A stretch of DNA of 64,000 bases from an uncultured Gammaproteobacteria bacterium (GTDB lineage: Bacteria; Patescibacteriota; Patescibacteriia; Magasanikbacterales; GWA2-37-8), in NCBI GenBank assembly GCA_964407865.1, contig CAYOXC010000002.1, positions 38,978-102,977 of the forward strand, written 5' to 3'. Below, piece by piece: positions 28,249-38,332 of this stretch (within the stretch, counting starts at the first letter, position 1; each line of letters starts with the position of its first letter). The position numbers and the translations under genes are program-made. The notes under the pieces were generated by a model. The model ran no database searches. It worked only from the letters and a program-made list of their open reading frames with translations, and had not been told where the DNA came from.

Positions 28249-31200
28249 ATGTACCGAGAAATTCAAAACGTTTTGGACTTTGACGCGATTCGCTTAAAAA
28301 TTGCCTCGCCGGAAATCATTCGTTCCTGGTCTTATGGTGAAGTGAGAAAGCCAGAAACTATAAATTATCGTACGCAAAAACCTGAGAAGGGCGGCCTTTT
28401 TGCTGAAGAGATATTTGGACCAACAAAGGACTGGGAGTGTTATTGTGGAAAATATAAAAAAATTCGCTATAAAGGAATTGTCTGTGATAAATGCGGTGTC
28501 GAAGTAACAAGTTCGCTTGTCCGACGCGAGAGAATGGGTCACATTGAACTTTCTACACCCGTAGCGCATATTTGGTTTTTACGTTCAGTACCGAGTAAAA
28601 TCGGTTTAGTCTTAGACCTTTCAGCACAATCTTTAGAAAAGGTAATTTATTTTGCTTCTTTCATTATCACAAAAGTAGATGATGAGGGAAAGAAACAGAC
28701 TTATGATTTGTTGCGTCAGGAATTCAAGAGCAAAAAGAAGCAGATTGAAAATGAAATGAATCAAGCGGTAAAGCAGGTGACAGAAAAAAAACTTGGGAAA
28801 GAAGCGTTGGATCAGGCTCGTGAAGAAGCAGAGCGCAAAGTCAAAGCTTTGGAAGAAGATTTTCAAGCGGCTGATAAGGAACTCAAAGAGATTAGCTTGC
28901 TTCATATTATTTCTGAGAATAAATATCAGGAATTAGCTTTACGCTATGGCCATTTGTTTGAAGCTTCAATTGGAGCTGAAGCTGTTTTTGAATTGCTTTC
29001 CAGGGTTAATCTGGAAGAAACAATCAAACACTTAGTTGAAGAGCAACAGTCAGTTAAAGGGGCCAAGCTTGAGAGAATAATCCGACGTAAAAAGCTGTTA
29101 AAAAGTTTAAAAATGAACGATATCAAGCCTGAATGGATGATTTTGAAATGTATTCCAGTGATACCGCCCGACCTTCGTCCGATGGTAGCTCTTGATGGCG
29201 GTCGTTTTGCCACCTCCGATCTTAATGATTTATATCGCCGTGTAATCAATCGCAATAATCGATTGGAGAGACTGGTAGATTTAAATGCGCCAGAAGTTAT
29301 TTGTCGCAACGAGAAGCGTATGTTGCAGGAAGCAGTCGATGCCCTAATTGATAACAATGCCCGACACGCCAAAACTGTCACCGCTTCGACTGGACAAAAG
29401 CGACAACTCAGATCGTTGGCTGATATTCTGAAAGGCAAGCAGGGTCGTTTTCGTCAGAATTTGCTTGGCAAGCGCGTTGATTATTCCGGTCGTTCTGTTA
29501 TTGTGGTCGGTCCGAATTTAGCGATTGATGAGTGTGGTTTGCCGAAACGAATGGCTCTGGAGCTTTTTAAACCATTTATAATGGCGGAAATTATTAAGCG
29601 TGAATTAGCCCACAATGTCCGTTCCGCCGGACGATATATTGAATCTGAGCGCGATGAAGTTTGGGATATTTTAGAAGATTTAACTAAAACGACTCGAGTG
29701 CTTTTAAACCGTGCGCCAACTTTGCATCGTCTGGGTATTCAAGCATTTCATCCGCGTTTGATTGAGGGCAATGCTATACAGTTGCATCCATTGGTTTGTA
29801 CTGCTTTTAATGCTGACTTTGACGGAGATCAAATGGCAGTACATTTACCGCTTTCAAAAGAAGCTCGCTGGGAAGCGGATAATTTAATGGCAGCAGAGAA
29901 AAATATTCTAAAACCAGCGACTGGCTCTCCGGTTATTACCCCTAACCAAGACATTGTACTCGGTTGTTTTTACCTAACGCGCGATGAAGAGACAAAGAAG
30001 GAAACGGTAAAAGCATTTTCTGATGAAAAAGAGGCGATGTTTGCTTATAAAAATCGTAAAATTGAACTTCATGAAAGAATAAAAGTTCGATTTACTGATT
30101 TGTCTAAATTTAATGCAGATCAATCTAATATTGTTGAAACTTCTATCGGACGAATGACTTTTAACAGCGTCTTGCCGGAAAAACTTCCTTATTACAATGA
30201 AGTGGTAACAAAGAAAAAACTTGGAAAGATTATTTCACTTCATTTAGAATTTTATGGGCAGGAACAAACAGCCAAGTTTTTGGATGAATTAAAAAATCTT
30301 GGTTTTCGTTATGCCACCAAGTCCGGATATTCACTCGGCATGGATGCTTTTCCGAAAATTCATGAAAAAGATGCGCATATCAAAGAAGCGGAAAATACAG
30401 TTCGCCAAGTTGAGGAGCAATATCAGGAAGGTTTGCTTACTCAAGCAGAACGCCATGCTAAAATTATTGAAATTTGGACTGAGACAAAAGACAAGGTCGT
30501 AGCCGGCAACCAGCATTCGCTCGATAAAAATGGTCCGGTTTACGCCATGATTGAATCAGGCGCTCGTGGTTCTTGGGGGCAGCTCGGTCAGGTTATCGGC
30601 ATGAAAGGTTTGGTTGCTTCACCATCTGGCGATATTATGGAATTACCGGTTAAGGGCAACTTTAAAGAAGGGTTTAATTCTTTAGAATTTTTCATTTCAT
30701 CGCACGGCACCCGCAAGGGATTGTCTGACACAGCTCTTCGAACTTCTGGCGCAGGGTACTTAACTCGCCGTCTGGTCGATGTTTCACAGGATGTAGTTGT
30801 TTTGGAAGAAGATTGTGGAGATTCCATTGGTGAAATTTTTACCGCCAAGCAGTCGGCGGAAATGGGTGAAAAATTGGCTGATCGAGTTTGGGGGCGTTAT
30901 GCGTTAGAAAATATAAAAGTTGGCAACAAAATATTGGTCAAAGCTGGAGAAATTATTGATGATAAAGCGACTCGCGCCATTGAAGAAAGTAAGATTGAGT
31001 CAGTTCATGTTCGTTCAGTGCTTCAGTGCAAACTACCAAAAGGCGTTTGTCAAAAGTGCTATGGCTTTGATTTATCTTATAATCAGCCGGCTGAACTTGG
31101 CACGGCTGTCGGTATTATCGCTGCTCAGTCTATTGGTGAGCCAGGTACCCAGCTTACTCTTAGAACTTTCCATACTGGCGGTGTCGCTGGAACCGATATT

Positions 31201-32118
31201 ACACAAGGTTTGCCGCGAGTAGAAGAGTTATTTGAATGCCGCAACCCGAAACACCAAGCATTTTTAACAGATGTTGACGGTACAGTGGAGATTGAAGACG
31301 CCGACGGAAAAATCATCACTTCACCTTCGGGCAAAAAGATTTTCGAGGGACGTCGCGGCCAGAAAATAATCAAAGTTCACTTTGAAGGCATTGATGAAAC
31401 AAAGTTTAAATATACGGCTGAAGATGAAATAATGGTTAAAGATGGCGAGATGATTAATGCTGACTCTGTGGTTATAGTACGTGGTTCAACCGGCGATGAA
31501 GTCAAGGCAAAATATCAAAGCCAGGTTAAAGTAACAAAGACTACTTTAACCCTGACATATAATGGGCCGAAAATTCGTGAGTTTATTATTCCGCTTGGCT
31601 ATAAGCTGTATGTTAAAAATGGCGACAAGATTGAGAAAGGAACCCAGCTAACCGATGGTTCGATTAATTTGCATGAACTCCATGAATTAAAAGGCCGGGC
31701 ATCAGTACAACGCTATGTGTTAGAAGAAGTTCAAAATATTTACTCATCGCAAGGGCAGAAAGTGAACGATAAACACATGGAGCTTATCATCCGTCAGATG
31801 TTCAGCCGCGTCTATATAGAAGATGCCGGCGACACCGATCTTTTGGCTGGCGAGGTAGTGGAAAAAGCACAGCTTGACTTTTCAAACCGCGTCGCGCGCA
31901 AGGATGGTGGCAAAGAGGCGACAGTGAGCGAACTTCTTTTGGGTATATCTAGAGTTTCTCTCTCAACCCAGAGCTTCCTTTCAGCCGCTTCCTTCCAGGA
32001 AACCGCCAAGGTTCTTATCAATACGGCTATTACCGGCAAGATTGATTATCTTGAAGGGTTAAAGGAAAATGTTATTATCGGACGATTGATTCCGTCAGGT
32101 ACGGGTTTTAGACAGTAA
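28249..32118 (+). CDS. rpoC: DNA-directed RNA polymerase beta' subunit
   Basis: Zn-binding CxxC..CxxC and NADFDGD catalytic motif; 1289 aa. Confidence 0.97.
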   Translation: MYREIQNVLDFDAIRLKIASPEIIRSWSYGEVRKPETINYRTQKPEKGGLFAEEIFGPTKDWECYCGKYKKIRYKGIVCDKCGVEVTSSLVRRERMGHIELSTPVAHIWFLRSVPSKIGLVLDLSAQSLEKVIYFASFIITKVDDEGKKQTYDLLRQEFKSKKKQIENEMNQAVKQVTEKKLGKEALDQAREEAERKVKALEEDFQAADKELKEISLLHIISENKYQELALRYGHLFEASIGAEAVFELLSRVNLEETIKHLVEEQQSVKGAKLERIIRRKKLLKSLKMNDIKPEWMILKCIPVIPPDLRPMVALDGGRFATSDLNDLYRRVINRNNRLERLVDLNAPEVICRNEKRMLQEAVDALIDNNARHAKTVTASTGQKRQLRSLADILKGKQGRFRQNLLGKRVDYSGRSVIVVGPNLAIDECGLPKRMALELFKPFIMAEIIKRELAHNVRSAGRYIESERDEVWDILEDLTKTTRVLLNRAPTLHRLGIQAFHPRLIEGNAIQLHPLVCTAFNADFDGDQMAVHLPLSKEARWEADNLMAAEKNILKPATGSPVITPNQDIVLGCFYLTRDEETKKETVKAFSDEKEAMFAYKNRKIELHERIKVRFTDLSKFNADQSNIVETSIGRMTFNSVLPEKLPYYNEVVTKKKLGKIISLHLEFYGQEQTAKFLDELKNLGFRYATKSGYSLGMDAFPKIHEKDAHIKEAENTVRQVEEQYQEGLLTQAERHAKIIEIWTETKDKVVAGNQHSLDKNGPVYAMIESGARGSWGQLGQVIGMKGLVASPSGDIMELPVKGNFKEGFNSLEFFISSHGTRKGLSDTALRTSGAGYLTRRLVDVSQDVVVLEEDCGDSIGEIFTAKQSAEMGEKLADRVWGRYALENIKVGNKILVKAGEIIDDKATRAIEESKIESVHVRSVLQCKLPKGVCQKCYGFDLSYNQPAELGTAVGIIAAQSIGEPGTQLTLRTFHTGGVAGTDITQGLPRVEELFECRNPKHQAFLTDVDGTVEIEDADGKIITSPSGKKIFEGRRGQKIIKVHFEGIDETKFKYTAEDEIMVKDGEMINADSVVIVRGSTGDEVKAKYQSQVKVTKTTLTLTYNGPKIREFIIPLGYKLYVKNGDKIEKGTQLTDGSINLHELHELKGRASVQRYVLEEVQNIYSSQGQKVNDKHMELIIRQMFSRVYIEDAGDTDLLAGEVVEKAQLDFSNRVARKDGGKEATVSELLLGISRVSLSTQSFLSAASFQETAKVLINTAITGKIDYLEGLKENVIIGRLIPSGTGFRQ

Positions 32119-32218
32119 AAATTACAATGATATAAACAACCCTGCCAGGCGCGGGGTTGTTTTGTCTCCTGCCGCGTGTTAATCTAAAATAGCAATTACA
32201 AAATATATTTCAATAATT

Positions 32219-32950
32219 ATGTCTGGTCATAGCAAATGGCACAATATACAAGCGCGGAAAGGCAAACAGGATGCTATCCGAAGCAATATTTTTTCCAAGC
32301 TTTCCAAGGTGATAACCGTGGCTGCTCGTAACGGCGGTGATCCGGCAATGAATTTTTCTTTGCGTTTGGCTGTAGAAAAGGCAAAAGCGGCCGGCATGCC
32401 CAAGGATAATATTGAACGAGCCATAAAAAAGGGCTCTGGTGAATTGGGTGGTTCACAAATGGAAGAAGTTCTTTATGAGGCCTACGGACCGGGCGGGGTG
32501 GCTATTATCATAAAAGGCATTACTGATAATAAAAATCGATCTCTTCAGGAAGTGAAGCATGTTTTAAGTAAAAACGGCGGTTCACTTGGCACCTCAGGCA
32601 GCGTGCTTTGGATGTTTGAACAATTTGGCTATGTGGCAATAAAAAAAGAGCAATTGACGAAAATGAATATTGAGCGCGATAATTTTGAGCTGACTGTTAT
32701 TGATGCGGGGGCCGAAGATATGGAAGAGGCTGATGAAGGGGTGATAGAAATAAAATCTAAAGTAGAAAATTTTAAAAAAGTTTTAGACAAGCTAAGGGAG
32801 TATGATTTGGAGCCAAAAGAATCAGGATTGATATGGGCGGCAAAAGAAAAGGTTAAAGTACCGGATGATGTACGGAGTAAATTAGAAAATATATTTTCTG
32901 AATTTGAGGACAGTGATGATGTTGAAGATTTTTATACTAATGCTGAGTAA
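32219..32950 (+). CDS. yebC: YebC/PmpR family transcriptional regulator
   Basis: MSGHSKWHNIQ N-terminus is diagnostic. Confidence 0.85.
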   Translation: MSGHSKWHNIQARKGKQDAIRSNIFSKLSKVITVAARNGGDPAMNFSLRLAVEKAKAAGMPKDNIERAIKKGSGELGGSQMEEVLYEAYGPGGVAIIIKGITDNKNRSLQEVKHVLSKNGGSLGTSGSVLWMFEQFGYVAIKKEQLTKMNIERDNFELTVIDAGAEDMEEADEGVIEIKSKVENFKKVLDKLREYDLEPKESGLIWAAKEKVKVPDDVRSKLENIFSEFEDSDDVEDFYTNAE

Positions 32951-32965
32951 TCGCTAACATAAATT

Positions 32966-33466
32966 ATGAAAGATGAAATTATTTTGGGAATTGATCCGGG
33001 GTTTGGTCGTATTGGTTGGGGCGTTGTTGTCAAAGAGAAGGGAAAAGATTGGCGCGGCATTGCTTGTGGTTGTATTGAAACACCGATGAAAGATAAATTT
33101 GTTGATCGTCTGGCCTGGCTTAATAATGAAATTATTCGCATCATAAAAAAATACAAACCGACACGGATGGCGGTTGAAGATTTGTTTTTTTTCCGCAATA
33201 TCACGACAGCTATAAAAGTAGGGCAGGCAAGAGGAGTAATTCTTTTGGCAGCAGTTAATAATAATTTGCCGGTTGATGAGTATACCCCATTGCAGATTAA
33301 ACGAGCCATTACCGGATATGGTAAGGCAGAAAAAAATCAGATGCAGAAAATGGTGGCTGCAATTTTGGGTATCAAGGGCAAGATAAAGTCCGATGATGCA
33401 GCCGATGCCTTGGCAGTGGCTCTTTGTGCCGGTCAATCATTATGGAAAAAAAATATTGGCAAATAA
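32966..33466 (+). CDS. ruvC: Holliday junction resolvase RuvC
   Basis: ILGIDPG ... DAADALAVAL motifs. Confidence 0.85.
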   Translation: MKDEIILGIDPGFGRIGWGVVVKEKGKDWRGIACGCIETPMKDKFVDRLAWLNNEIIRIIKKYKPTRMAVEDLFFFRNITTAIKVGQARGVILLAAVNNNLPVDEYTPLQIKRAITGYGKAEKNQMQKMVAAILGIKGKIKSDDAADALAVALCAGQSLWKKNIGK

Positions 33467-33496
33467 AAAAACAGGAGCTACACTCCTGTTTTTTAG
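33465..33496. terminator. Bidirectional terminator
   Basis: ACAGGAG-CTACA-CTCCTGT stem with flanking A-run and T-run. Confidence 0.7.
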
Positions 33497-33500
33497 TTTA

Positions 33501-34076
33501 TTAATAATTTTCGCACCAGAGTTCAAAATGCGCTTGCGGATGATCGCATGAAGGGCATTTTTTCGGCGCCTGGTTGCTTTCATGCAAATAACCGCAGTTG
33601 CGGCATTTCCAGATAATTTTATCTCCGCGAACAAACACTTTACCGGACTCTAAATTATCATATAGTTTGCGGTAGCGGTTTTCGTGCGCGTTTTCAACTT
33701 TGGCGATTGAGCGAAAAACATCGGCTATTTCTGAAAACCCTTCTTCTTCAGCTACTTGGGCAAATTCCGGATAGAGCTTTGTCCACTCCAGATTCTCACC
33801 TTCGGCCGCTTCTTTTAAATTTTCTAGTGTAGTGCTAATTTTCCCAGCCGGATAGGTGGCTGTGATTTCAACCATTCTGCCTTCCAAAAATTTAAAGAAT
33901 CTTTTAGCATGCTCTTTTTCGTTAAGAGCAGTCTCTAAGAAGATACCGCTGATTTGTTCCAAGCCTTCTTTTTTAGCTACGCTGGCAAAGTAGTCATAGC
34001 GATTTCTTGCTTGGGATTCTCCAGCGAACGCTTTGAGCAAATTTTGCTCGGTTTTTGAACCATTTAATTCGGGCAT
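33501..34076 (-). CDS. Rubrerythrin
   Basis: Ferritin-like di-iron ExxH motifs plus a C-terminal rubredoxin CxxC..CxxC. Confidence 0.85.
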   Translation of the reverse strand: MPELNGSKTEQNLLKAFAGESQARNRYDYFASVAKKEGLEQISGIFLETALNEKEHAKRFFKFLEGRMVEITATYPAGKISTTLENLKEAAEGENLEWTKLYPEFAQVAEEEGFSEIADVFRSIAKVENAHENRYRKLYDNLESGKVFVRGDKIIWKCRNCGYLHESNQAPKKCPSCDHPQAHFELWCENY

Positions 34077-34106
34077 AAGATTTAATTTATTATAGATAAA
34101 TGCGGT

Positions 34107-35054
34107 TTATGCGTTAATTTTATTTTTTTCAAGATACATTTCATATTCTGAATATTTTTCTCCCAAGATATTGGCGACAATCTGGAGGCATAATCTGCCA
34201 GTCTGAAAATTTATGTCTTTGTCCGGCTCCCCTTCAACTAAATCCATGGATTTACTCACTTGATTTTGTCCAAGTTTGCGGGCGATAAAATTTATTTCTC
34301 TAAATGTTAATCCGCCTTGAGTTGGCTCAGTAGCGCCTGGGGCGAACAACTTGTCAATCACATCGATATCCAGGCTAATATGAAGATGGTCTGAATTTTT
34401 TGTCACAATATCCATTGCTTCATTGAAACATTTTACAATACCTTTCTCATCAATATCATCCATGGTGATTATGTTAACACCCCATTTTTTAATATTTTCC
34501 ATCTCGCCCTTTTCAATATACCTTGCGCCAAAGATGCAGATATTTTGCGGTTTGATAAAATTACCATCCATTACTTTGACCAAAGATTTGTCGCCATGAC
34601 CTAGAATGACAGCCACAGGCATTCCATATATCCATCCGGTTTCTGTTGTTTCGGGCGTATGAATATCTGAATGAGCGTCAATCCATAGCACACCGAGGTT
34701 CGGTCGTTTTTTTAAGATACCGGCAATACTACCGATGCTTGAGCTGTGGTCTCCGCCAATAATCAGTGGGAAGTCGTTGCTATCTTCAATTGAGTTGCTG
34801 ACAATATTTTTAAGCCGGATATTAAATTCGCTGACAATATCCGCATATTTTGTAATTTCATTTTTAGAGTTAGTTTTTTGTTGATCTTTTTCTCGCACTT
34901 CTGCTATTTCAGTCCATCCAATATTTAAATCATTTAGCATTTTTTTAATTCCGGGATGTGAAACTCCCGATTCAGTCAGGTAGTCAGGGAACAAGTTTGT
35001 TTTAGAGTGAATATAGCCGTGTTTGGACAAGGCTTTTATTATTTTTACATTCAT
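34107..35054 (-). CDS. Arginase/agmatinase/formiminoglutamase family hydrolase
   Basis: GGDHS, DAHSD and SLDIDVID Mn-binding motifs. Confidence 0.8.
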   Translation of the reverse strand: MNVKIIKALSKHGYIHSKTNLFPDYLTESGVSHPGIKKMLNDLNIGWTEIAEVREKDQQKTNSKNEITKYADIVSEFNIRLKNIVSNSIEDSNDFPLIIGGDHSSSIGSIAGILKKRPNLGVLWIDAHSDIHTPETTETGWIYGMPVAVILGHGDKSLVKVMDGNFIKPQNICIFGARYIEKGEMENIKKWGVNIITMDDIDEKGIVKCFNEAMDIVTKNSDHLHISLDIDVIDKLFAPGATEPTQGGLTFREINFIARKLGQNQVSKSMDLVEGEPDKDINFQTGRLCLQIVANILGEKYSEYEMYLEKNKINA

Positions 35055-35138
35055 ATTTAGTGCAATCTATCAAAAACAATTCAAACCGATAGCTATTGTA
35101 GCATAATTTTGTATTTTTACCAGTCTTGCATACCCTTG

Positions 35139-35172
35139 ACATTTTGGCTAAAATGTGCTATATTTTTATGTC
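35139..35172 (+). promoter_or_regulatory. Sigma70-like promoter (TTGACA-17-TATATT) for the GC-rich orphan
   Basis: CTTGACATTTTGGCTAAAATGTGCTATATTTTTA. Confidence 0.5.
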
Positions 35173-35195
35173 AGTTCTTTAAAAAAGGAGGAAAA

Positions 35196-35555
35196 ATGGC
35201 AGATGTGACGGGACCTGTGAGTACGTTGCCGGGTTCGAGTCGCGCCTTGCGCGAGGGCGCGCAGTGCGATGACTGTGGGAAGAAGCCCGCCACCCACCGC
35301 GTCCAGGGCGAGACCGATTCGTTCGGCGCTGAGTGGGCCGATCTGTGCGACGACTGCTACGTCGTCGAGCGCGAGCGCCGCCGCAAGGACTGCGCCGGCG
35401 AGTGCGACTGGTGCGGCAAGCACTCGGAGTCGCGCATCTGGACGCGTGACTACGACGAGGGTACGCACGGCCCGACCTACCGCGTCTGCAAGTCCTGCTA
35501 CGACAAGCAGCAGAAGGCGCTCGAGGCCGAGCTCCACTACTACTACCGCTACTAG
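35196..35555 (+). CDS. Cys-rich (4x CxxC) small protein, strongly GC-rich; putative zinc-ribbon orphan
   Basis: AGGAGG RBS. Codons dominated by GCC/CGC/GAC. CDDCG, CDDCY, CDWCG and CKSCY motifs. Confidence 0.6.
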   Translation: MADVTGPVSTLPGSSRALREGAQCDDCGKKPATHRVQGETDSFGAEWADLCDDCYVVERERRRKDCAGECDWCGKHSESRIWTRDYDEGTHGPTYRVCKSCYDKQQKALEAELHYYYRY

Positions 35556-35593
35556 CCTCGCAGTGTTGTCTCGCCGTTTTTTCTCACCACCTA

Positions 35594-35637
35594 CCGCACT
35601 AAACCATCGTTCGCGATGGAACCAGTGCGGTTTTTTT
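35594..35637 (+). terminator. Long hairpin terminator
   Basis: CCGCACT ... AGTGCGG stem with an inner CCATCG/CGATGG stem, then T7. Confidence 0.65.
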
Positions 35638-35734
35638 ATCGTTATTTAAATAAACTAACGACTATTTACATAATTACTAGAATGGTATATTCTATGCGGG
35701 CTCTTTAATTGCAACAAAAAACGAGGAGAAAAAA

Positions 35735-35977
35735 ATGAGCAAAAATTGCACCTTGGGAGATTATAGAAGATTTGTTGAAAAAAATCGGGATGCTGTTTTA
35801 AGCTGTGAGGCGGATTGCGTCATGCTTGCCTCTTTTTACAGTGCGCTGGTTGAGGAAAACAGCGCTAAGGATCCGGATGATTTGCCAGACGATCTGATAT
35901 TGGGAGAGAAAACTTCTTATATTTTCAACGCTATACAATCAGGCCATTCTTTTCTAGGTGCAGAGATAGCGCATTAG
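35735..35977 (+). CDS. Small hypothetical protein (80 aa)
   Basis: GAGGAG RBS. Bounded by terminators on both sides. Confidence 0.5.
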   Translation: MSKNCTLGDYRRFVEKNRDAVLSCEADCVMLASFYSALVEENSAKDPDDLPDDLILGEKTSYIFNAIQSGHSFLGAEIAH

Positions 35978-35998
35978 CACCTACGTTCTTTTTTCAGT

Positions 35999-36031
35999 CC
36001 GCACATCTTAATCGATGGTGCGGCTTTTTTA
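35999..36031 (+). terminator. Rho-independent terminator
   Basis: CCGCAC ... GTGCGG stem plus T6. Confidence 0.6.
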
Positions 36032-36128
36032 TTTTCACAGAACTTAATATCAATAGATTAAGTTGCTTGTATGATTACATTTTTGCTGGCCGCATGCGTA
36101 AAATCTTCAGGTTTAATATTTATAACGC

Positions 36129-36587
36129 CTAAATTATAGCAAACTTCGTTTTATTTAGGATGTTTTTTAATATTGCCAATTTATTCAATATATTCGGAAC
36201 TGTATCAATTTTTGGTTCAAAACTGTCTATTTCAGTTAACTTAACCCATTTATACTCAGAGTATTCCTCGTTTAGTACAATTTCACCTTCCATATGAATT
36301 GCGTAATAATGAGGCAAGATCATGGCGTTGCCATCCTTTTTTACGAAGGAAACATTAGTTGTAAAATAAGGAAATACTTTTATTTTGAAGTCACTGCCAA
36401 CTTCTTCGTTTTTTTCTCTTTGCAAACCATTAATTAAACTTTTATCAGTAGTTTCCATTTTTCCGCCGATAAAAGAAAAAGTTCCGTCAAAGTCAGCTTC
36501 GCCTTTTCGTTTACACAACAAGACACTGGATTCGTCTTTTGAATAAACAACAATTTTTTGGCAATATTGAAAATTGTATTTTTGCAT
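36129..36587 (-). CDS. Nudix hydrolase
   Basis: Nudix box GGKMETTDKSLINGLQREKNEEVG. Confidence 0.75.
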   Translation of the reverse strand: MQKYNFQYCQKIVVYSKDESSVLLCKRKGEADFDGTFSFIGGKMETTDKSLINGLQREKNEEVGSDFKIKVFPYFTTNVSFVKKDGNAMILPHYYAIHMEGEIVLNEEYSEYKWVKLTEIDSFEPKIDTVPNILNKLAILKNILNKTKFAII

Positions 36588-36592
36588 ATATT

Positions 36593-37258
36593 TTATTTAG
36601 TAGCTAGGACAACCCAGCGTCCAATTATATCTAATTCCAAATTTACATCCCTGAATTTTGAAAACAATTTTTGAGCCTCTTCTTTTGTAAAAAAACTATG
36701 AGGCAATCCCTTTTCTGGGCCTGATAATGGGGCAAAAGTACCTTCGGCAATTTCTTCATGATCTTTGAAGGTGTTCCATTTCTTACTACTTTTAAAATCA
36801 GGCACAGTAATAAAGATTTTTCCATTTTCACTGATTGCCTCGTAAATTCTATTGATCAAATTTTGAACTTGTTCTTTCGTCCCATGGTGGATTGTAGAAA
36901 TAGAAATGACCAAATCATATTTATTCTTTGGAATGTCAAACTCAAACATGTTTACACAAGTAATAATAGAATCATTACCTAATGTTTTTTTGGTCATTTC
37001 GACTGCGGTTTCGCTTGAATCAATACCGTCAGTTTTAAATCCACCAGCTTGTAGAATTTTCAAGTACTTACCAGTGCCACATCCAATATCTAAAACACGT
37101 TTAATTTCAAAATTTGATTGGCTCAAAAATTGTTTAAATAACGGATGAATTTCTTCCGAAAGGGTTGCCCAAGCGTCACCGCCCTTTTGATAATTTTTAT
37201 AAATATTGTCCCAGATTGTCATAACATTAATGTTTCTATTAGGGTAAAAAGTTTTCAT
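36593..37258 (-). CDS. Class I SAM-dependent methyltransferase
   Basis: VLDIGCGTGKY motif I. A 5-bp gap to the Nudix gene. Confidence 0.75.
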   Translation of the reverse strand: MKTFYPNRNINVMTIWDNIYKNYQKGGDAWATLSEEIHPLFKQFLSQSNFEIKRVLDIGCGTGKYLKILQAGGFKTDGIDSSETAVEMTKKTLGNDSIITCVNMFEFDIPKNKYDLVISISTIHHGTKEQVQNLINRIYEAISENGKIFITVPDFKSSKKWNTFKDHEEIAEGTFAPLSGPEKGLPHSFFTKEEAQKLFSKFRDVNLELDIIGRWVVLATK

Positions 37259-37259
37259 T

Positions 37260-37901
37260 TTACTTTCTTTGTTTCATCTGCCCATCTAATCCACCATAGC
37301 TTATTTCGGGTAATTGTAATTCGCTAAATTGAGGATCAGCTTGTTTTGGAATTGGTCCGGTCACATCTTTCATTTTGGGGCTTCCCGGTTTGACTGGTTC
37401 CTGTCTCAGTACTTGCATATGTATGTCCCCACCTTCAAAACCAAGCGTGACATGAAAATCTTTGGGTGGTAGTCCGGCTTTTTCTCGGAATGCTTGCAGT
37501 GCTGGAATATCGAGAGCGACGAAAGCTGTTTTTTTGACTTTATCAACTTCGCGCATTTGATATTGAGATGAGGTGCCGTCAATAAAACCTATTCCTTTTA
37601 CAACAATACCCTCACCACGCTGAATTTGTTCGTTAATTTGCTGAAGTTCGGCAAGTGTTGCATCATCAAGTGTGTCTAGAATTTTTCTTTCGGTCGGACC
37701 TATTATAGTGAGGTGAAATCCGTCTGGGCGAGGTTCGAGATTTGCGCCTGTAGATTCTCTCACTGATTGTAGTACCGAGTTAAAATCTCCAGTAATTTCC
37801 ACTTCGAGTGTTTGCATATCGGCAAGTCTCTCGTGTGTTAATTCAGGCGATCTTGGTTGTTCTACGGGTGGTTCGTAGCCACCCATTTCTGGATTACTCA
37901 T
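37260..37901 (-). CDS. 2H phosphoesterase superfamily protein (LigT / cyclic phosphodiesterase-like)
   Basis: Two H-x-T-x motifs (HLTI, HVTL) about 95 aa apart. A 1-bp gap to the MTase gene. Confidence 0.55.
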   Translation of the reverse strand: MSNPEMGGYEPPVEQPRSPELTHERLADMQTLEVEITGDFNSVLQSVRESTGANLEPRPDGFHLTIIGPTERKILDTLDDATLAELQQINEQIQRGEGIVVKGIGFIDGTSSQYQMREVDKVKKTAFVALDIPALQAFREKAGLPPKDFHVTLGFEGGDIHMQVLRQEPVKPGSPKMKDVTGPIPKQADPQFSELQLPEISYGGLDGQMKQRK

Positions 37902-38020
37902 AGAATTTTGTTAGTTAAATTTATAATAAATATCTTCCTTATTTTCCCCTATATAAAAGAGAAAATCAAATTATATTTATTTTAGTGAAGCGCGGGCGAT
38001 AGCCCGAAAAGAAAAAGCAT

Positions 38021-38057
38021 ATTTCATATAACGTTTCCTAGTATGCGAAGTTGCGCC
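38021..38057. repeat. Palindromic-element family member A (half-site ATTTCATATAACGTTTCCTAGTATGCGAAGTTGCGCC)
   Basis: Matches the consensus shared with sites B, C, D and F. Preceded by a GGGC-GATA-GCCC hairpin at 37992-38003. Confidence 0.7.
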
Positions 38058-38332
38058 ACTGTTTTCAGCACAATTTTTCGTCTTATTATAGGGTTATTTT
38101 AATACTTCAGACCTTCATTTTCAAGAAGCGCAATTTGGGTGGAGCAAACAACAATTTTCTTTTTGATTTCAATAATCAAGTCCTTTTCTGAAAGCCAATT
38201 GGGCCGTCGTTGGATTGAAAATAGCTTATTCTAGCAGGGATATACACATAACTCTTGACAGGGAGATATTTTTGTGTTATTATCCTGTGTTCGCAAGGAC
38301 TAACAACAAAGCCAAAAGAAAGGGAGGAGAAG

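Noticed and set aside
24787-32118. Numerous antisense or short ORFs within rpoB, rpoC, ileS, nrdJ, ftsK and similar genes
   Set aside because: They are embedded in the opposite strand or alternative frames of well-supported large conserved genes. Typical random ORFs.
35166-35649. ORFs 35166-35537 (minus) and 35269-35649 (plus) overlapping the Cys-rich gene
   Set aside because: These are spurious long ORFs caused by the very high GC content. Only the frame with a consensus RBS, a promoter and the CxxC periodicity is credible.
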